From: Corallochytrium limacisporum Hawaii | Lineage: Eukaryota > Protista > Pluriformea | NCBI GenBank assembly: GCA_002811645.1 | Contig: PDIP01000093.1 | Span: forward strand, 12,790 to 76,789 | Direction of reading: 5' to 3' | DNA length: 64,000 nucleotides | Shown: positions 40,066-50,966 of the stretch, in pieces | How positions within the stretch are numbered: position 1 is the first letter of the stretch | How the letters are laid out: the number at the start of each line of letters is the position of its first letter | Notes under the pieces: model-generated | Seen by the model: only the letters and a program-made list of their open reading frames with translations | Databases searched by the model: none | What the model was told of the DNA's origin: nothing | Translations under genes and position numbers: made by a program

Positions 40066-43000
40066 ATGACCGAGGGCAACGGCAGCGTCTGGCGTGGCGA
40101 CAAGCCGTTGACTCCCTCCGCAGACCTCGACAATGACGCGAGTGAACCTATTTACGAAAACAACAGTTTGCGGGATACAATCCGAGCCACACGCATCACA
40201 CCAGATACACCAAAGGTACGGAATATAAGCGACGATATCGATGAAAGCCCGTACGAAAATGTGAGCTCCGTCGGCGGTACCCTGCGCCAGCCATACAAGG
40301 AGACCAACAAGAGCCGCAGATCCACCACGGGATCCACAGACAGCTCGAGCCACACGTTTGTGCCAGCAGAGGTCATGTACACGGCGGGGAGACAAAGGCA
40401 ACCCCTCCCGGAGACACCGGACGATGCCGCGGGTGAGGCAGCACTCAAGGGTTTGGAAAACAAGATCCTCGCACAGTCGAATTCCAGGACAATAGATTCT
40501 CTTGCGTCCTTTGACGACGGATATGTGGAGGCGCTGAGCGCGAACGACATTGTCCGTCCGGCACGGAGTAAGGACTTGTTCCTCAAGGAGGGCGAAGACC
40601 CGATCTATGAGTATATCTCCACGAAGTACGGCGGCGGCCATCGCGCGACACTGCGGATTCTGCAGGACGACCAGGATAGCGAGGATCCGTACTCGAATGC
40701 GTCCAGTGTGGCAGGCACTCTGCGCTCGAATCGGCGGACCAGGAACAATCGCACGCAACGCAGTGATGAGAACAATGGAGGCGACAGCAACAACATCAGC
40801 AACGGCAGTGGCGGCAGCGAGAACGACAAACGCGAAAGTTTGGAAGAAATCCGGTCACCAATGGACAACCTGGCACTGGCTATGAAGAGCGTGTCCAAGG
40901 GCAAGACAGCGCACCGCACGTACAACCCGGAGTTGCCGGAACGTCTGATCAAGGCCTCCAGCCGCAGTCCGGTGCTACCCGAGCGCAACTCTGCGCAGAA
41001 CCGCAGTCTGACGGATCTGATAAGGAGCAACAGCCCTGCGGAGGGTGTGAGTTTCAGCCGCAGGCGGGAGACGGTGAGTCTGCCAAATCAACAGCGCATT
41101 TTGCAGGAGATGGAACCCGTACAGATGCTTTTTAATCGGGAACACAAGCGCTTTGGGACAGATCCGCTCTTCCAGGTGCTCACTTCGGGCAGCAAAGACC
41201 TCTCAGGTAAGGAATACAATGCAGCCAAGATGACTAAGCTGGTGCGTAAGGTTGTGTCCAAGATCCTGGACGCGGGCCGTCCCCAGGAGAACGAATTGAT
41301 TGTGATCCTCCTGGACCGCACAGAGGAGAGTGAAATGCTGTGGATGGCTGCCTTCCTGGCTTGCCAGTACCTCGGCATCACGCCGGTAGTATTCGACACC
41401 CCGGACGAGGTCTGCAGTGTGAAGACGAAGGCTCTGCTGGACCTCCTGACGACGTACAATGTTCGCACCTTTTTGACACAGTCGAGCGTGACCAAGCGGT
41501 ACACGACTCTGCGCGGATCTTCATCGAGTGATATTCGCCGGTCCTCGCAGGACTTTAAGAAGCTGCTGCAAAGTGAGGACCAGGTACTCCTTGATGAGGC
41601 ACGGTATCTCTGGCAGATGATGCTGGCGGGTAAAATGATTCTTTTGGACAATCTGAAAAGCCCATCCAGTCGGTTGCAGGGAATGGTGGACTTTGCTGTG
41701 TTGCAGCCCGTCCGGGACCGGACCTCATTCCTCATGCCCTCAGACGGCGTTGAGTACAAGGGAATGCTACGCCTGGTCAGCTACAGCCGTGGAGCATACA
41801 CGCATTCCAGTTTGACACTGAGCAAGGCTCTGAGGACTGACAACAGCAGTGTCATTATCAACCTCTTGCCCAGCAAGACGCCTGTCGGCTTTTGGATCAA
41901 CATAGGCCTCACACTGGTGGAAGGCAATCGCACATATCCCCTGGGTGAGACTCATCGCAGTGCCGCCGAACTGTTGAATCTGATGACGCAGAGCGGTTGC
42001 ACTCACCTGATCGCTACCCACGAGGCACTCGTGGACATCGCAGTCGGGCTCGGTGACATTAAGCAGAGCAAGCGCAAGTTCAATCTGTCTGCCATTCAGC
42101 AAGTGATCATTCCCGTGGAAGGACGGGTCCGCCGCGGCATGGGTAAACTTTTCATTGATGCCTTGAAGGCCTACGGTCTGTCATCCACCGTCATCTGTCC
42201 GGTCCTTTGTACCGCAGAGTGCGGAATCATTTCCATCGGCACAGTGCCCAACGAAATGAAGCCCATGGCCATCTCCTTGCACAGTCTGCAGGAGGGTGTC
42301 GTGCGCCTCATCGAGGATAACAGCAACACCCCGCGCGGCAACGGAGAGGAAGTTACCACTCTGTTTGACTGCGGTGAGATTGCGCCAGGTGTGTCAATTA
42401 CCGTCGTGGATGGGGATGACCAACAGCCGCTGCCAGAAGGTCGGTGCGGTGTGGTATGCGTGCGAACTTTGGGCAGTGGCCAGGCATACCATTTACAAGA
42501 GATTGAGAGCCAACGCTTCTTTAAGCGCCGGTTGTTCAACGAAAATGCAATGGACACGGGCAGCACCCTGGGATCCAGCCCGAGACGCACCGGCCTCGGA
42601 GCCACAGCCACACACCGCCAGACCTCGACGTCGTCCATCGGTTTGGGGCACCTCACGAAAGCACCGCTGTACAATGTGAGCAATTTAGAAGGCTTTGTGT
42701 GGAACCAACGCCTCTACGTTGTGGGCAGGAAGCAACACGCGTTCACGCTCGAGCGTCGGAGGCACTACAATGAGGACATTTTGGACGCAATCAACCAGTT
42801 GGTCGACTCTGTGCGTATGTGCGCGGACAACAAAGTCATTACTTTTGCTGTCAAGCTTCACGGCCTTCGCCAACCCTGTCTCCTGGCTGAGACTCCGACT
42901 GATGCGGAGAACGACGAAGTCGCTCGGTGGATGTGGCGCGTTGTACAGACTATCTCACAGCGGAATCGCCTAACTCTGCTGCTGGCCGCTACCTGCCCGC

Positions 43001-45723
43001 CCGGTGCGCTGTACATGCGCCCTGATGGTCAACCTGCGCTGCAGCGGAACGGGATGCGCGTTATGGCGGGTGCCATCCCTATGACCTCGCTGTACATTAA
43101 CGACGATAATCCATTCCTGTACGCCATGGCTCGCGTCAGTGGCGTCGCCAGCGACTCCAGTTCGACCGCCATTGAAGCCACGGCCATGGGTGACGATGAC
43201 GACGACGACCCCTTGCACAGCTTTACCGGAGGTTCTGATGTCGTGGACCTGAACTCTTCGGTTATCGACGACCCTGATTCACCTATCACCCGCCGTAGCC
43301 GTGCCATCCGCAACAAGGCTGGCATGGGCGAAGGCTTAGCCGCACCCGCTGTCCTTGGCAAGCCGATCGGCAGCTCAGAGACTATGCGCTCCCTGCGGGG
43401 CCGCGATTCCCTGCGCGAAATCACAAACACTGCGCAGATATTGCTGGAATGGAACATTAACGTGCCGAAGCACACCGGCCTGATTGTTTGTACCGGCAAG
43501 CAGGGCCAGAAGGTGAAGAAATACTCATACAAGGTCATCCATGAGATTGCCATGGAATACGCCCTGACCCTGCAGAAGCAAGGCATCGGTCCCGGCGATC
43601 GGGTCATTGTGGCGCACCGTCCGGGCATTGATCAGTATGGCGCTTTCTACGGATGCTTCTACGTCGGCGCGGTGCCGACTCTGGTGAATCCGCCGGAAAT
43701 TGTCGACCTGCCGTCGGCGGCCACGAATAAGTCCAAGAGCCACAGCGATGCCACGCGCGCCGCCGTTTCCAGCTGGCGCCTGTTCTGGGCCATGCTTCTA
43801 GCCATCAACTACAAGAGGACCGCTGGACTGCCCGTTGTCTGTGAGACGGACGTAGCCAAGACAGCGAAAAGCACGCGCATGAGCCGCGTCTTTCCGGAGA
43901 TTGCGGACCGCTTCACCATGATTGTCAAGCAAAGCTTTACTGGTGGCATGCTGAGTTCCAACAAGATCAAAGACGTGAAGTACCTGCCGTACATTGAGCG
44001 TGGTAAGCGATCAACGTCACTGATTGACCTGAGCGCGAGCGCCAACGGAGTCCTGGTCGGTGCGCAATACAGTCACGACCAAGTCCTGCGTGCCATCCGT
44101 ACCATCGGTGATCAATGGAAGTGGAGCCAGCAGCAACATGTGGAAGGGTCGGACTACGATCGCAAGCCTATGATGGTGTGCGCTAACACATGCAACGGCT
44201 TTGGACGTATGTTGCCCATGCTCGTGAACATGTACTACGGCCGGACGACCATTATCATTGATCCCGCGCAGCAGATAACCTACCCGGACACGATCTTTGC
44301 CGTCGCGGATAAATTCCGTCCCGTGGTTGGTCTGATCAACACGTCGGTCCTCGACATTGCTGGACGGTACTGCCTCTGGCGCTCCAATCGCGACCACTAC
44401 CACTCCAATGGCGGTCTCGCGACCGGCTCACGGACGTCCATGGGATCTGTCGGTATGGAGTCCGGTAGCACTGCTGCTATGTCCATGTACGACGAGTATG
44501 GCGCCATGATCAAGCGAAGCCCGGCCTCTGCAGCTGTCAGTCGGGAGAATTTCGGCTCAAACGGTTCAATCTCCACGTCAGTTGGCGGTCGCGAAGTCTT
44601 TGACCTAAGTTTCCTCGAGACTCTGCTGGTGGAAAGCCGCACACGTCCTGAGGTAGAGATTGTCAGTCGCTTTGAAATGAGCGCCAATCTGACGCCTGGA
44701 ACTGTGCGCTTTGTCTTCAGTTGCCCAGAAGCCCCTAGTGCTGTGGTGCCGCAGCTCATTCGAGAGTTCGACAGCACCGCTGCATCGAACGGCGTCGCGG
44801 TGGGACCCATGGGTGCTGTTCTTGTCTCCCGCACGGCGCTGGAAGCAGGTAAAGTGCGCATTATGAGCGATGCGTCCGTCGCAGACGTCGACCAGAGCCC
44901 TGCGAGTCATACCCTCGACGGGACACTGCTAGTGCCCTGTGGCTCGCTGCTGCCAGGTACGGCGGCGGCAGTCGTTGACCCCGCCACCCAGCGGCTCTGT
45001 CTGCGTAACGAAATTGGCGAGCTGTGGATCAGTGCTCCGGGCAATGCACATCTGTATGCATCGATGACCGACAGTTCACAGGCCAATCTAGATGGCAACG
45101 GCAGTCTGTCAGGCGGGGGTAGCGCCAGCCACCGCACCATGACTGACCAAGACACCAAGTCGCTTGGATCCGCATTGACCACAGCCACGGAGGCCGCTGC
45201 TTTCAATTCAGAGGGCCTGGACTGTCGTTTGGGTTCGGACGGCCGTACTTACGTGCGGACCGGAACTCTGGGTTACGTGAACCAACGTCAGGGCAGCCCA
45301 GATCTCTACGTCTGCGGGAATTTCGAAGATTCGGTGGTGATTGAGGAAAGATGCCATTACTTCGCTGACATTGAACAGTCCATTGCAGACTCGTGCCCAA
45401 GCCGTCTGTTCTACGCCGGAGTATTGGTATTTAGCGTGAAGAATCAGCTTGTCGCCTTGATGGAGAGTCCAATCTCACCGGACCACTGCCTGGAGCTTGT
45501 GGTGCCTGTCTTCTTGCGCGTTTTGGAGCGGCACAACATTGCACTATCTGTGCTCTGCTTTGTGCCCCGCAAGACCATCTCGGCCACCGTCTACGGTGAG
45601 AAGCAGCGCGCCCGTAGTCAGCTTCAGTTCCTCAGGCAGCAACTCAGTATCAACTTTATGTTTGTGTTGGGATCCAGCAATGCGGTTGAGGAGGCGCAGT
45701 CAACATTTGCGTCGCCTCGCTGA
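40066..45723 (+). CDS. DIP2: DIP2/Cmr2-like protein with tandem fatty acyl-AMP ligase-like domains
   Basis: 1885 aa with two degenerate adenylate-forming domains ('AAFLACQYLGITPV...RRHYNEDI' and 'GDRVIV..PGID..AFYGCFYVGAVP...VVDPATQRLC..EIGELWI...YVRTGTLGYV...DIEQSI'). Ends with 'TVYGEKQR', as in DIP2 (GEKQR). Confidence 0.85.
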   Translation: MTEGNGSVWRGDKPLTPSADLDNDASEPIYENNSLRDTIRATRITPDTPKVRNISDDIDESPYENVSSVGGTLRQPYKETNKSRRSTTGSTDSSSHTFVPAEVMYTAGRQRQPLPETPDDAAGEAALKGLENKILAQSNSRTIDSLASFDDGYVEALSANDIVRPARSKDLFLKEGEDPIYEYISTKYGGGHRATLRILQDDQDSEDPYSNASSVAGTLRSNRRTRNNRTQRSDENNGGDSNNISNGSGGSENDKRESLEEIRSPMDNLALAMKSVSKGKTAHRTYNPELPERLIKASSRSPVLPERNSAQNRSLTDLIRSNSPAEGVSFSRRRETVSLPNQQRILQEMEPVQMLFNREHKRFGTDPLFQVLTSGSKDLSGKEYNAAKMTKLVRKVVSKILDAGRPQENELIVILLDRTEESEMLWMAAFLACQYLGITPVVFDTPDEVCSVKTKALLDLLTTYNVRTFLTQSSVTKRYTTLRGSSSSDIRRSSQDFKKLLQSEDQVLLDEARYLWQMMLAGKMILLDNLKSPSSRLQGMVDFAVLQPVRDRTSFLMPSDGVEYKGMLRLVSYSRGAYTHSSLTLSKALRTDNSSVIINLLPSKTPVGFWINIGLTLVEGNRTYPLGETHRSAAELLNLMTQSGCTHLIATHEALVDIAVGLGDIKQSKRKFNLSAIQQVIIPVEGRVRRGMGKLFIDALKAYGLSSTVICPVLCTAECGIISIGTVPNEMKPMAISLHSLQEGVVRLIEDNSNTPRGNGEEVTTLFDCGEIAPGVSITVVDGDDQQPLPEGRCGVVCVRTLGSGQAYHLQEIESQRFFKRRLFNENAMDTGSTLGSSPRRTGLGATATHRQTSTSSIGLGHLTKAPLYNVSNLEGFVWNQRLYVVGRKQHAFTLERRRHYNEDILDAINQLVDSVRMCADNKVITFAVKLHGLRQPCLLAETPTDAENDEVARWMWRVVQTISQRNRLTLLLAATCPPGALYMRPDGQPALQRNGMRVMAGAIPMTSLYINDDNPFLYAMARVSGVASDSSSTAIEATAMGDDDDDDPLHSFTGGSDVVDLNSSVIDDPDSPITRRSRAIRNKAGMGEGLAAPAVLGKPIGSSETMRSLRGRDSLREITNTAQILLEWNINVPKHTGLIVCTGKQGQKVKKYSYKVIHEIAMEYALTLQKQGIGPGDRVIVAHRPGIDQYGAFYGCFYVGAVPTLVNPPEIVDLPSAATNKSKSHSDATRAAVSSWRLFWAMLLAINYKRTAGLPVVCETDVAKTAKSTRMSRVFPEIADRFTMIVKQSFTGGMLSSNKIKDVKYLPYIERGKRSTSLIDLSASANGVLVGAQYSHDQVLRAIRTIGDQWKWSQQQHVEGSDYDRKPMMVCANTCNGFGRMLPMLVNMYYGRTTIIIDPAQQITYPDTIFAVADKFRPVVGLINTSVLDIAGRYCLWRSNRDHYHSNGGLATGSRTSMGSVGMESGSTAAMSMYDEYGAMIKRSPASAAVSRENFGSNGSISTSVGGREVFDLSFLETLLVESRTRPEVEIVSRFEMSANLTPGTVRFVFSCPEAPSAVVPQLIREFDSTAASNGVAVGPMGAVLVSRTALEAGKVRIMSDASVADVDQSPASHTLDGTLLVPCGSLLPGTAAAVVDPATQRLCLRNEIGELWISAPGNAHLYASMTDSSQANLDGNGSLSGGGSASHRTMTDQDTKSLGSALTTATEAAAFNSEGLDCRLGSDGRTYVRTGTLGYVNQRQGSPDLYVCGNFEDSVVIEERCHYFADIEQSIADSCPSRLFYAGVLVFSVKNQLVALMESPISPDHCLELVVPVFLRVLERHNIALSVLCFVPRKTISATVYGEKQRARSQLQFLRQQLSINFMFVLGSSNAVEEAQSTFASPR

Positions 45724-45929
45724 ATGAAAGAAGCCACATTTTTGACATAAGCGCACCCAAAATATCCTTTGGTTCCATTTTTGTGACATTAAAGAATTCA
45801 TTACTTCATACTCAAGATTCACATGGCAGAAACAATGCTGTTTCGTTTCCAATTCTTTAATTCTTAGTTCCCCTGGGGAGTCAAGGGTTGTTGTAGTTGC
45901 CAAAATGTGTTTCGGTTTCGTTCGTGAGA

Positions 45930-46457
45930 TTATTTGAGCTCTTCAATAGCGTCCTCAATGTCGGGCATGATGCTCTGCATTGTTCGCCACTGGTCGAGAG
46001 GCAAGGATAGTCCTTTCTTCCCGGGCCGCATGTCACCATCATCAGTGAGGTAGTATTCGCGAATGTCAACCATGACCCGTCCACGAAAGCTCTTGACCTG
46101 CACCCGGCGCTTGGCTGTCAATTCAAACACAATGGACCCGTCGTCGAGCCGAGATTTCTTGACCTTCCGTTGCTGTTGCTGTGAATCACGGCGCTGGGTG
46201 GATTGACAGCCCCGAACCCCACTACTGCTTGCCTCTGATCCTCTCACTGCCGGTTTGGCGCGCTTGGTGTCGAAGCCATCACTGTCGTCGTCATCGTCTT
46301 CCACTACTGGTCGTTTCCGAGCTTCGCTGTCCTTACGCGATGTCTGCTGCTGTTGCGTAAGCTCCTGGTCATCATCTTCAAAGTCTGGAGGTGCCGGCCT
46401 GACTTGGTTGCCACCTCCCACGGCGGGCATTCCGTCTTCTTGTTTCACAGCACTCAT
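45930..46457 (-). CDS. SUB1: Transcriptional coactivator PC4/Sub1 (ssDNA-binding)
   Basis: 'FELTAKRRVQVKSFRGRVMVDIREYY...MRPGKKGLSLPLDQW'. Confidence 0.95.
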   Translation of the reverse strand: MSAVKQEDGMPAVGGGNQVRPAPPDFEDDDQELTQQQQTSRKDSEARKRPVVEDDDDDSDGFDTKRAKPAVRGSEASSSGVRGCQSTQRRDSQQQQRKVKKSRLDDGSIVFELTAKRRVQVKSFRGRVMVDIREYYLTDDGDMRPGKKGLSLPLDQWRTMQSIMPDIEDAIEELK

Positions 46458-46463
46458 TCCCTC

Positions 46464-46490
46464 TGTGTGTGTGTGTGTGTGTGTGTGTGT
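46464..46490. repeat. (TG)13 microsatellite, 6 nt upstream of the PC4 start codon
   Basis: Perfect TG run next to the CAT at 46455-46457. Confidence 0.95.
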
Positions 46491-46867
46491 CTGTGACTAG
46501 TCTTCTTGCCGTTTGGCCATGAAACGGTTTCTCATCCCTGATGCATACCATTATTGCGGAGTTGACATAACTCTCCATCTTGAAATAGGAATCTCTCCAA
46601 CTTAAATCAGAGCTGTGATCTTCAAGAGCAGCCCTTTCATCAGATCCGTTGCCCGATGGAATGTTCGTCGTTTGTTTCCGCAGCAGCTCAGGATTTGCGG
46701 CTTATGTTTCCGGGGTCGCCTACTGCCGGAATCAAGAGATTCACTTTTTGTCGTTTCGCGCGCGCGACCAAACGAGGGTTTCAGCTTCTCCCCGCCCAGG
46801 GGGTCGTTTGCCCTTTTTTCCTCTCCACTCGCTCTGAACCGTTGGCGGGAGTTGGGGGAGGGGGACG

Positions 46868-47166
46868 NNNNNNNNNNNNNNNNNNNNNNNNNNNNNNNNN
46901 NNNNNNNNNNNNNNNNNNNNNNNNNNNNNNNNNNNNNNNNNNNNNNNNNNNNNNNNNNNNNNNNNNNNNNNNNNNNNNNNNNNNNNNNNNNNNNNNNNNN
47001 NNNNNNNNNNNNNNNNNNNNNNNNNNNNNNNNNNNNNNNNNNNNNNNNNNNNNNNNNNNNNNNNNNNNNNNNNNNNNNNNNNNNNNNNNNNNNNNNNNNN
47101 NNNNNNNNNNNNNNNNNNNNNNNNNNNNNNNNNNNNNNNNNNNNNNNNNNNNNNNNNNNNNNNNNN
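46868..47166. other. Assembly gap flanked by G/C tracts
   Basis: N run between the divergent PC4 and RPN1 genes. Confidence 0.99.
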
Positions 47167-47253
47167 CCCCTCCCTTCTCCCCGTTTTGTCCCGGTTGTGT
47201 TCCGCCGCGTTCGGTCGCGAAACGACGACGGTGGAAGAGAAGCGCACAGAGCC

Positions 47254-47297
47254 AGAGAGAGAGAGCGAGAGAGCGAGAGAGCGAGAGAGCGAGAGAG
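47254..47297. repeat. Compound (GA)n/(GAGAGAGC)n repeat
   Basis: agagagagagagcgagagagcgagagagcgagagagcgagagag. Confidence 0.85.
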
Positions 47298-47972
47298 TTC
47301 AAAGAAGAAAAAAGGAAAGAAAAAAAGGGCAAAACACAAAGGCCACGCTGACTGAGCGAGAGGGATTGAGACTGGGGGAGGTGGGTGGTCGGCGGTGAAT
47401 GCCGAAGGCCCCGGGGCCCGGTGTGTACCCCTTAGGGCGCCCGTTCTGGTCGCAGTGTTGTGGCTTTTTGAGCCTGGCGAGGAGAAGACGAAGGCGGGGG
47501 ACCCCCCGGGGGGGAGGGGTACCAAACAGCGGGCGAAGTTGCCAGAGGGAGAGAGAGAGAAAGAGAGGGGGGACGGCGAGGCGAAGGAGAACCGAAAGGG
47601 GACCTGAAGAGCGCGAGCGCAACAAACACATAAGCACACCGAAGGAAATCAGGGCGAAACCGACGGTGGTTTCCACTCGCCCTGTTTTTCATTGTTTTCG
47701 TGTTGGTTTACTTTCTTTTCGTTCCAGTCGCCTGCAACGCAATTAATCTTTGACGTATTTAAGGCTTCTATAGAATACAGCATGTGTAGCGATTACCCTG
47801 ATCCCTTACCATAGTTACTCACGTTTCTCCCTGCTCAACTGGCATAGCGAACGACACCATTCAGTTTGTATTTTGGTTTGGGTGTAATTTCGGGAAAAAG
47901 AATCAGCGAGAGGCGGAAGAGGAGCACTTTTGTTACTAGCAATTATCCCAGTAGTTAAAAAAAACAAGAAGC

Positions 47973-50675
47973 ATGCCAGAGGAGGCAAAGGTAGAGGTCC
48001 CGTCGAAGGATCCGGAACCAAAGGACAAGGACACAAAGTACAAGGGCAAGGAACCCAACAAGGGCAAGGATGAAGAGCCTGAACTTAGTGAGGAAGATCA
48101 GAAGCTCAAAGACGAGCTGGAAATGTGCGTGGAGCGTCTGACGGAAAGCGACGCCAGTCTCTACAAGAGTGCGTTGCAGACTATCAAGAGCCTCATCCGA
48201 GAGTCCACCATCACTATGACTTCAGTACCTAAGCCGCTGAAGTTTCTGCGTCCCCACTACGACACTCTAGTTCAGGTGTACGAGAAGATCATGGATGAAG
48301 ACGACAAGAACGCTGCGGCCGAAGTCGTGTCCGTAGTGGCAATGACCAAGGCAGAGGGCCGTGACTGTCTAAAGTATTGCCAGCTTAGCGGATATCGGGA
48401 TATTACAGCTTGGGGTCATGAATATGTGCGTCACTTGAGCAATGAGGTCATCAACGAATACAGGGAGCGTGTGATTAACAACGCAGAGGTGGATGACCTT
48501 GTGGCCTTTGCCAAGACGGTCGTGCCTTATCACATGAGCCACAACGCTGAGACCGAGGCTTCTGATCTGCTCATGGAGATAGAACGCCTTGATCTGCTGT
48601 CCGATTTTGTTGATGAAGCGGCGCACCAGGGTGTCTGCTTGTACCTGGTTAGTTGTGTGCCGTACGTGAGCGAACCGGAGGACGGCATCCTCTTGAAGAC
48701 AGCGCTGGGAATCTACCGTAAGTTTGGCAAGACCTGCGATGCCATGCGCATGGCCATCCGCCTTGCCGACCTGGATATCTGCCGGGAGATTCTAGAAGGG
48801 GAGAAGGACGAGGCTGTCAAGAAACAGCTCTGTTTCATGCTCGGTCGGCATCAGATGTACTTGGATGAACTGGATGAGGACCTCATGGATATCATCTCGA
48901 ATTCTAAGCTCACCGAAAACTTTTTAGCCTTGGCCCGTGAGCTGGATATCATGGAACCGAAGCTGCCTGAGGACATCTATAAGACCAACCTGGAAGGCAA
49001 CCGCACCGGCTTCTCTGGTTCCAACATTGAACCTGCGCGTGCAAACCTGGCTAAGAGCTTCGTAAATGGCTTTGTGAACGCCGGTTTCTGCAAAGATAAG
49101 ATCATGACCGTGGACGAAGAAGGCAAAGGCGGCCAACGGTGGATCTACAAGAACAAAGACATTGGCATGCTGTGTGCGACAGCGTCGCTGGGCTGCATCC
49201 TGCTCTGGGATGTCGACGGCGGTCTAACAGAAATCGACAAGTATCTCTACGTGAACGACGAGAACGTCAAGGCTGGAGCTCTGCTCGCGTGTGGCATGAT
49301 CAATGCAGGAGTTAACAACGACTGTGATCCCGCCCTGGCCCTACTTGCCGACTTTGTGACTAGTGGCAGTGAGAAGGCCATTATTCGTGTGGGCGCCATT
49401 TTCGGCCTCGGCCTCGCCTACGCCGGCAGCGGCCGTACCGACCTCTTCGAATTGCTGAGTCCCGTGTTGGAGGAGCAGGTCACTCTGGAAATCCAGGCTA
49501 TCACTGCACTCGCCTTAGGCCTTGTGTTTGTCGGCAAATGCAACGGTGACGTCACTGAAGTGATCCTCAACGCTATGACCGAACTTGGCGAGAAGGACGT
49601 GCACGCACCCATGGCGAAGCTCATGGCGCTGGGTCTGGCCCTGAACTTCCTGGGCAAACAGGAGCAGGCTGAGACTGCGATGATGGCCCTGGAGGCCCTT
49701 CCCGAGGCACTAAAGATGACTGCTATTGTCCTCACCGAAATTTGTGCGTACGCGGGTACCGGTAATGTCCTGAAGATCCAGAAGATGCTCCACACTTGCT
49801 CTGAACATATTGAGCTTGGTGGCAGTGGTGGACACAGCGAGGACGGTGACGAGAAGAGCGACGAAGCAGCGAAGAAGGAAGGTCCCGTCAACGACGACCA
49901 TCAGAGCATAGCTACCCTGGGTATTGGTCTGATTGCCATGGGCGAGGAAATTGGACTGGACATGGCGCTGCGTGCTTTCAATCACCTTCTGCAGTACGGA
50001 GAACCGAGCATCCGTAAGGCAGTGCCACTGGCCATGGCCCTGCTGTGCGCCAGCAACCCCAAACTGAATGTCCTCGACACCCTATCCAAACTCTCCCACG
50101 AGCATGACTCTGAGGTTAGCCACAATGCCATCGTGGCCATGGGCATGGTGGGAGCGGGCACGAACAACAGCCGCGTAGCCACTCTGTTGCGCCAGCTGGC
50201 CCTGTTCTACGCTAAGGACAAAGACAATCTGTTTGCCGTCCGTTTGGCGCAGGGTCTTCTTCACATGGGCAAAGGAACGATGAGCATTTCGCCATACCAC
50301 ACTGACCGCCAATTGCTGTCCCCGGTCGCATTGGCCGGGCTTCTGGTGCCGATCGTGAGCTGTCTTGAGAGCAAAGACCTGATCCTCGGTTCCAAGGCTA
50401 CTTACCTGATGTATGCGATCGTTCTGTCCATGTACCCGCGGTTGCTTGTGACTGTAGACAAGGACCTGAAACCCGTACAGGTCACCGTGCGCGTTGGTCA
50501 GGCCGTCGATGTGGTGGGTCAGGCCGGCAAGCCGAAGTCTATCACGGGCTTCCAGACACACACGACGCCGGTCTTGCTCAGCTACGGAGAGCGTGCCGAA
50601 CTCGGCACGGACGACTGGAAGGCTATCAATCCCATCCTTGAAGGCTTTGTGATTCTCGAAAAGGTGGAAGAGTAG
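47973..50675 (+). CDS. RPN1: 26S proteasome regulatory subunit Rpn1/PSMD2
   Basis: 'ELSEEDQKLK', 'MTSVPKPLKFLRPHY', 'WGHEYVRHL', PC repeats, 'VRVGQAVDVVGQAGKPKSITGFQTHTTPVLL'. Confidence 0.97.
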   Translation: MPEEAKVEVPSKDPEPKDKDTKYKGKEPNKGKDEEPELSEEDQKLKDELEMCVERLTESDASLYKSALQTIKSLIRESTITMTSVPKPLKFLRPHYDTLVQVYEKIMDEDDKNAAAEVVSVVAMTKAEGRDCLKYCQLSGYRDITAWGHEYVRHLSNEVINEYRERVINNAEVDDLVAFAKTVVPYHMSHNAETEASDLLMEIERLDLLSDFVDEAAHQGVCLYLVSCVPYVSEPEDGILLKTALGIYRKFGKTCDAMRMAIRLADLDICREILEGEKDEAVKKQLCFMLGRHQMYLDELDEDLMDIISNSKLTENFLALARELDIMEPKLPEDIYKTNLEGNRTGFSGSNIEPARANLAKSFVNGFVNAGFCKDKIMTVDEEGKGGQRWIYKNKDIGMLCATASLGCILLWDVDGGLTEIDKYLYVNDENVKAGALLACGMINAGVNNDCDPALALLADFVTSGSEKAIIRVGAIFGLGLAYAGSGRTDLFELLSPVLEEQVTLEIQAITALALGLVFVGKCNGDVTEVILNAMTELGEKDVHAPMAKLMALGLALNFLGKQEQAETAMMALEALPEALKMTAIVLTEICAYAGTGNVLKIQKMLHTCSEHIELGGSGGHSEDGDEKSDEAAKKEGPVNDDHQSIATLGIGLIAMGEEIGLDMALRAFNHLLQYGEPSIRKAVPLAMALLCASNPKLNVLDTLSKLSHEHDSEVSHNAIVAMGMVGAGTNNSRVATLLRQLALFYAKDKDNLFAVRLAQGLLHMGKGTMSISPYHTDRQLLSPVALAGLLVPIVSCLESKDLILGSKATYLMYAIVLSMYPRLLVTVDKDLKPVQVTVRVGQAVDVVGQAGKPKSITGFQTHTTPVLLSYGERAELGTDDWKAINPILEGFVILEKVEE

Positions 50676-50966
50676 TGAAATCAGAAAATCATGTAGGCAA
50701 CAACAAAAAGTGAAGTTTGGACAGGTAGCTCGCAAGGTGACGAGGCTTCGCACAAACCAGAAGAATAAAGATTTGCACTTCGCGAACACGTACATAAGCA
50801 AATTGGAGTGGAACAGAGTGTTTAGGACTTTCTATGCGTGAATGTATTGATTGAAATCTGCTCTTAATATGATGGGTATTTTGACTATGATGGGGTCGAC
50901 ACCGTCTGTCGGCCCCTTGACGAAGTGTGTACGGAAACTTAGATTTCCATGTTGTGATTAGTCTTT

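Noticed and set aside
46602-47639. Long ORFs spanning N-gaps (also at 5547-6160, 26461-27122, 55722-56175 and 60647-61371)
   Set aside because: Artefacts of stop-free N runs plus low-complexity flanks.
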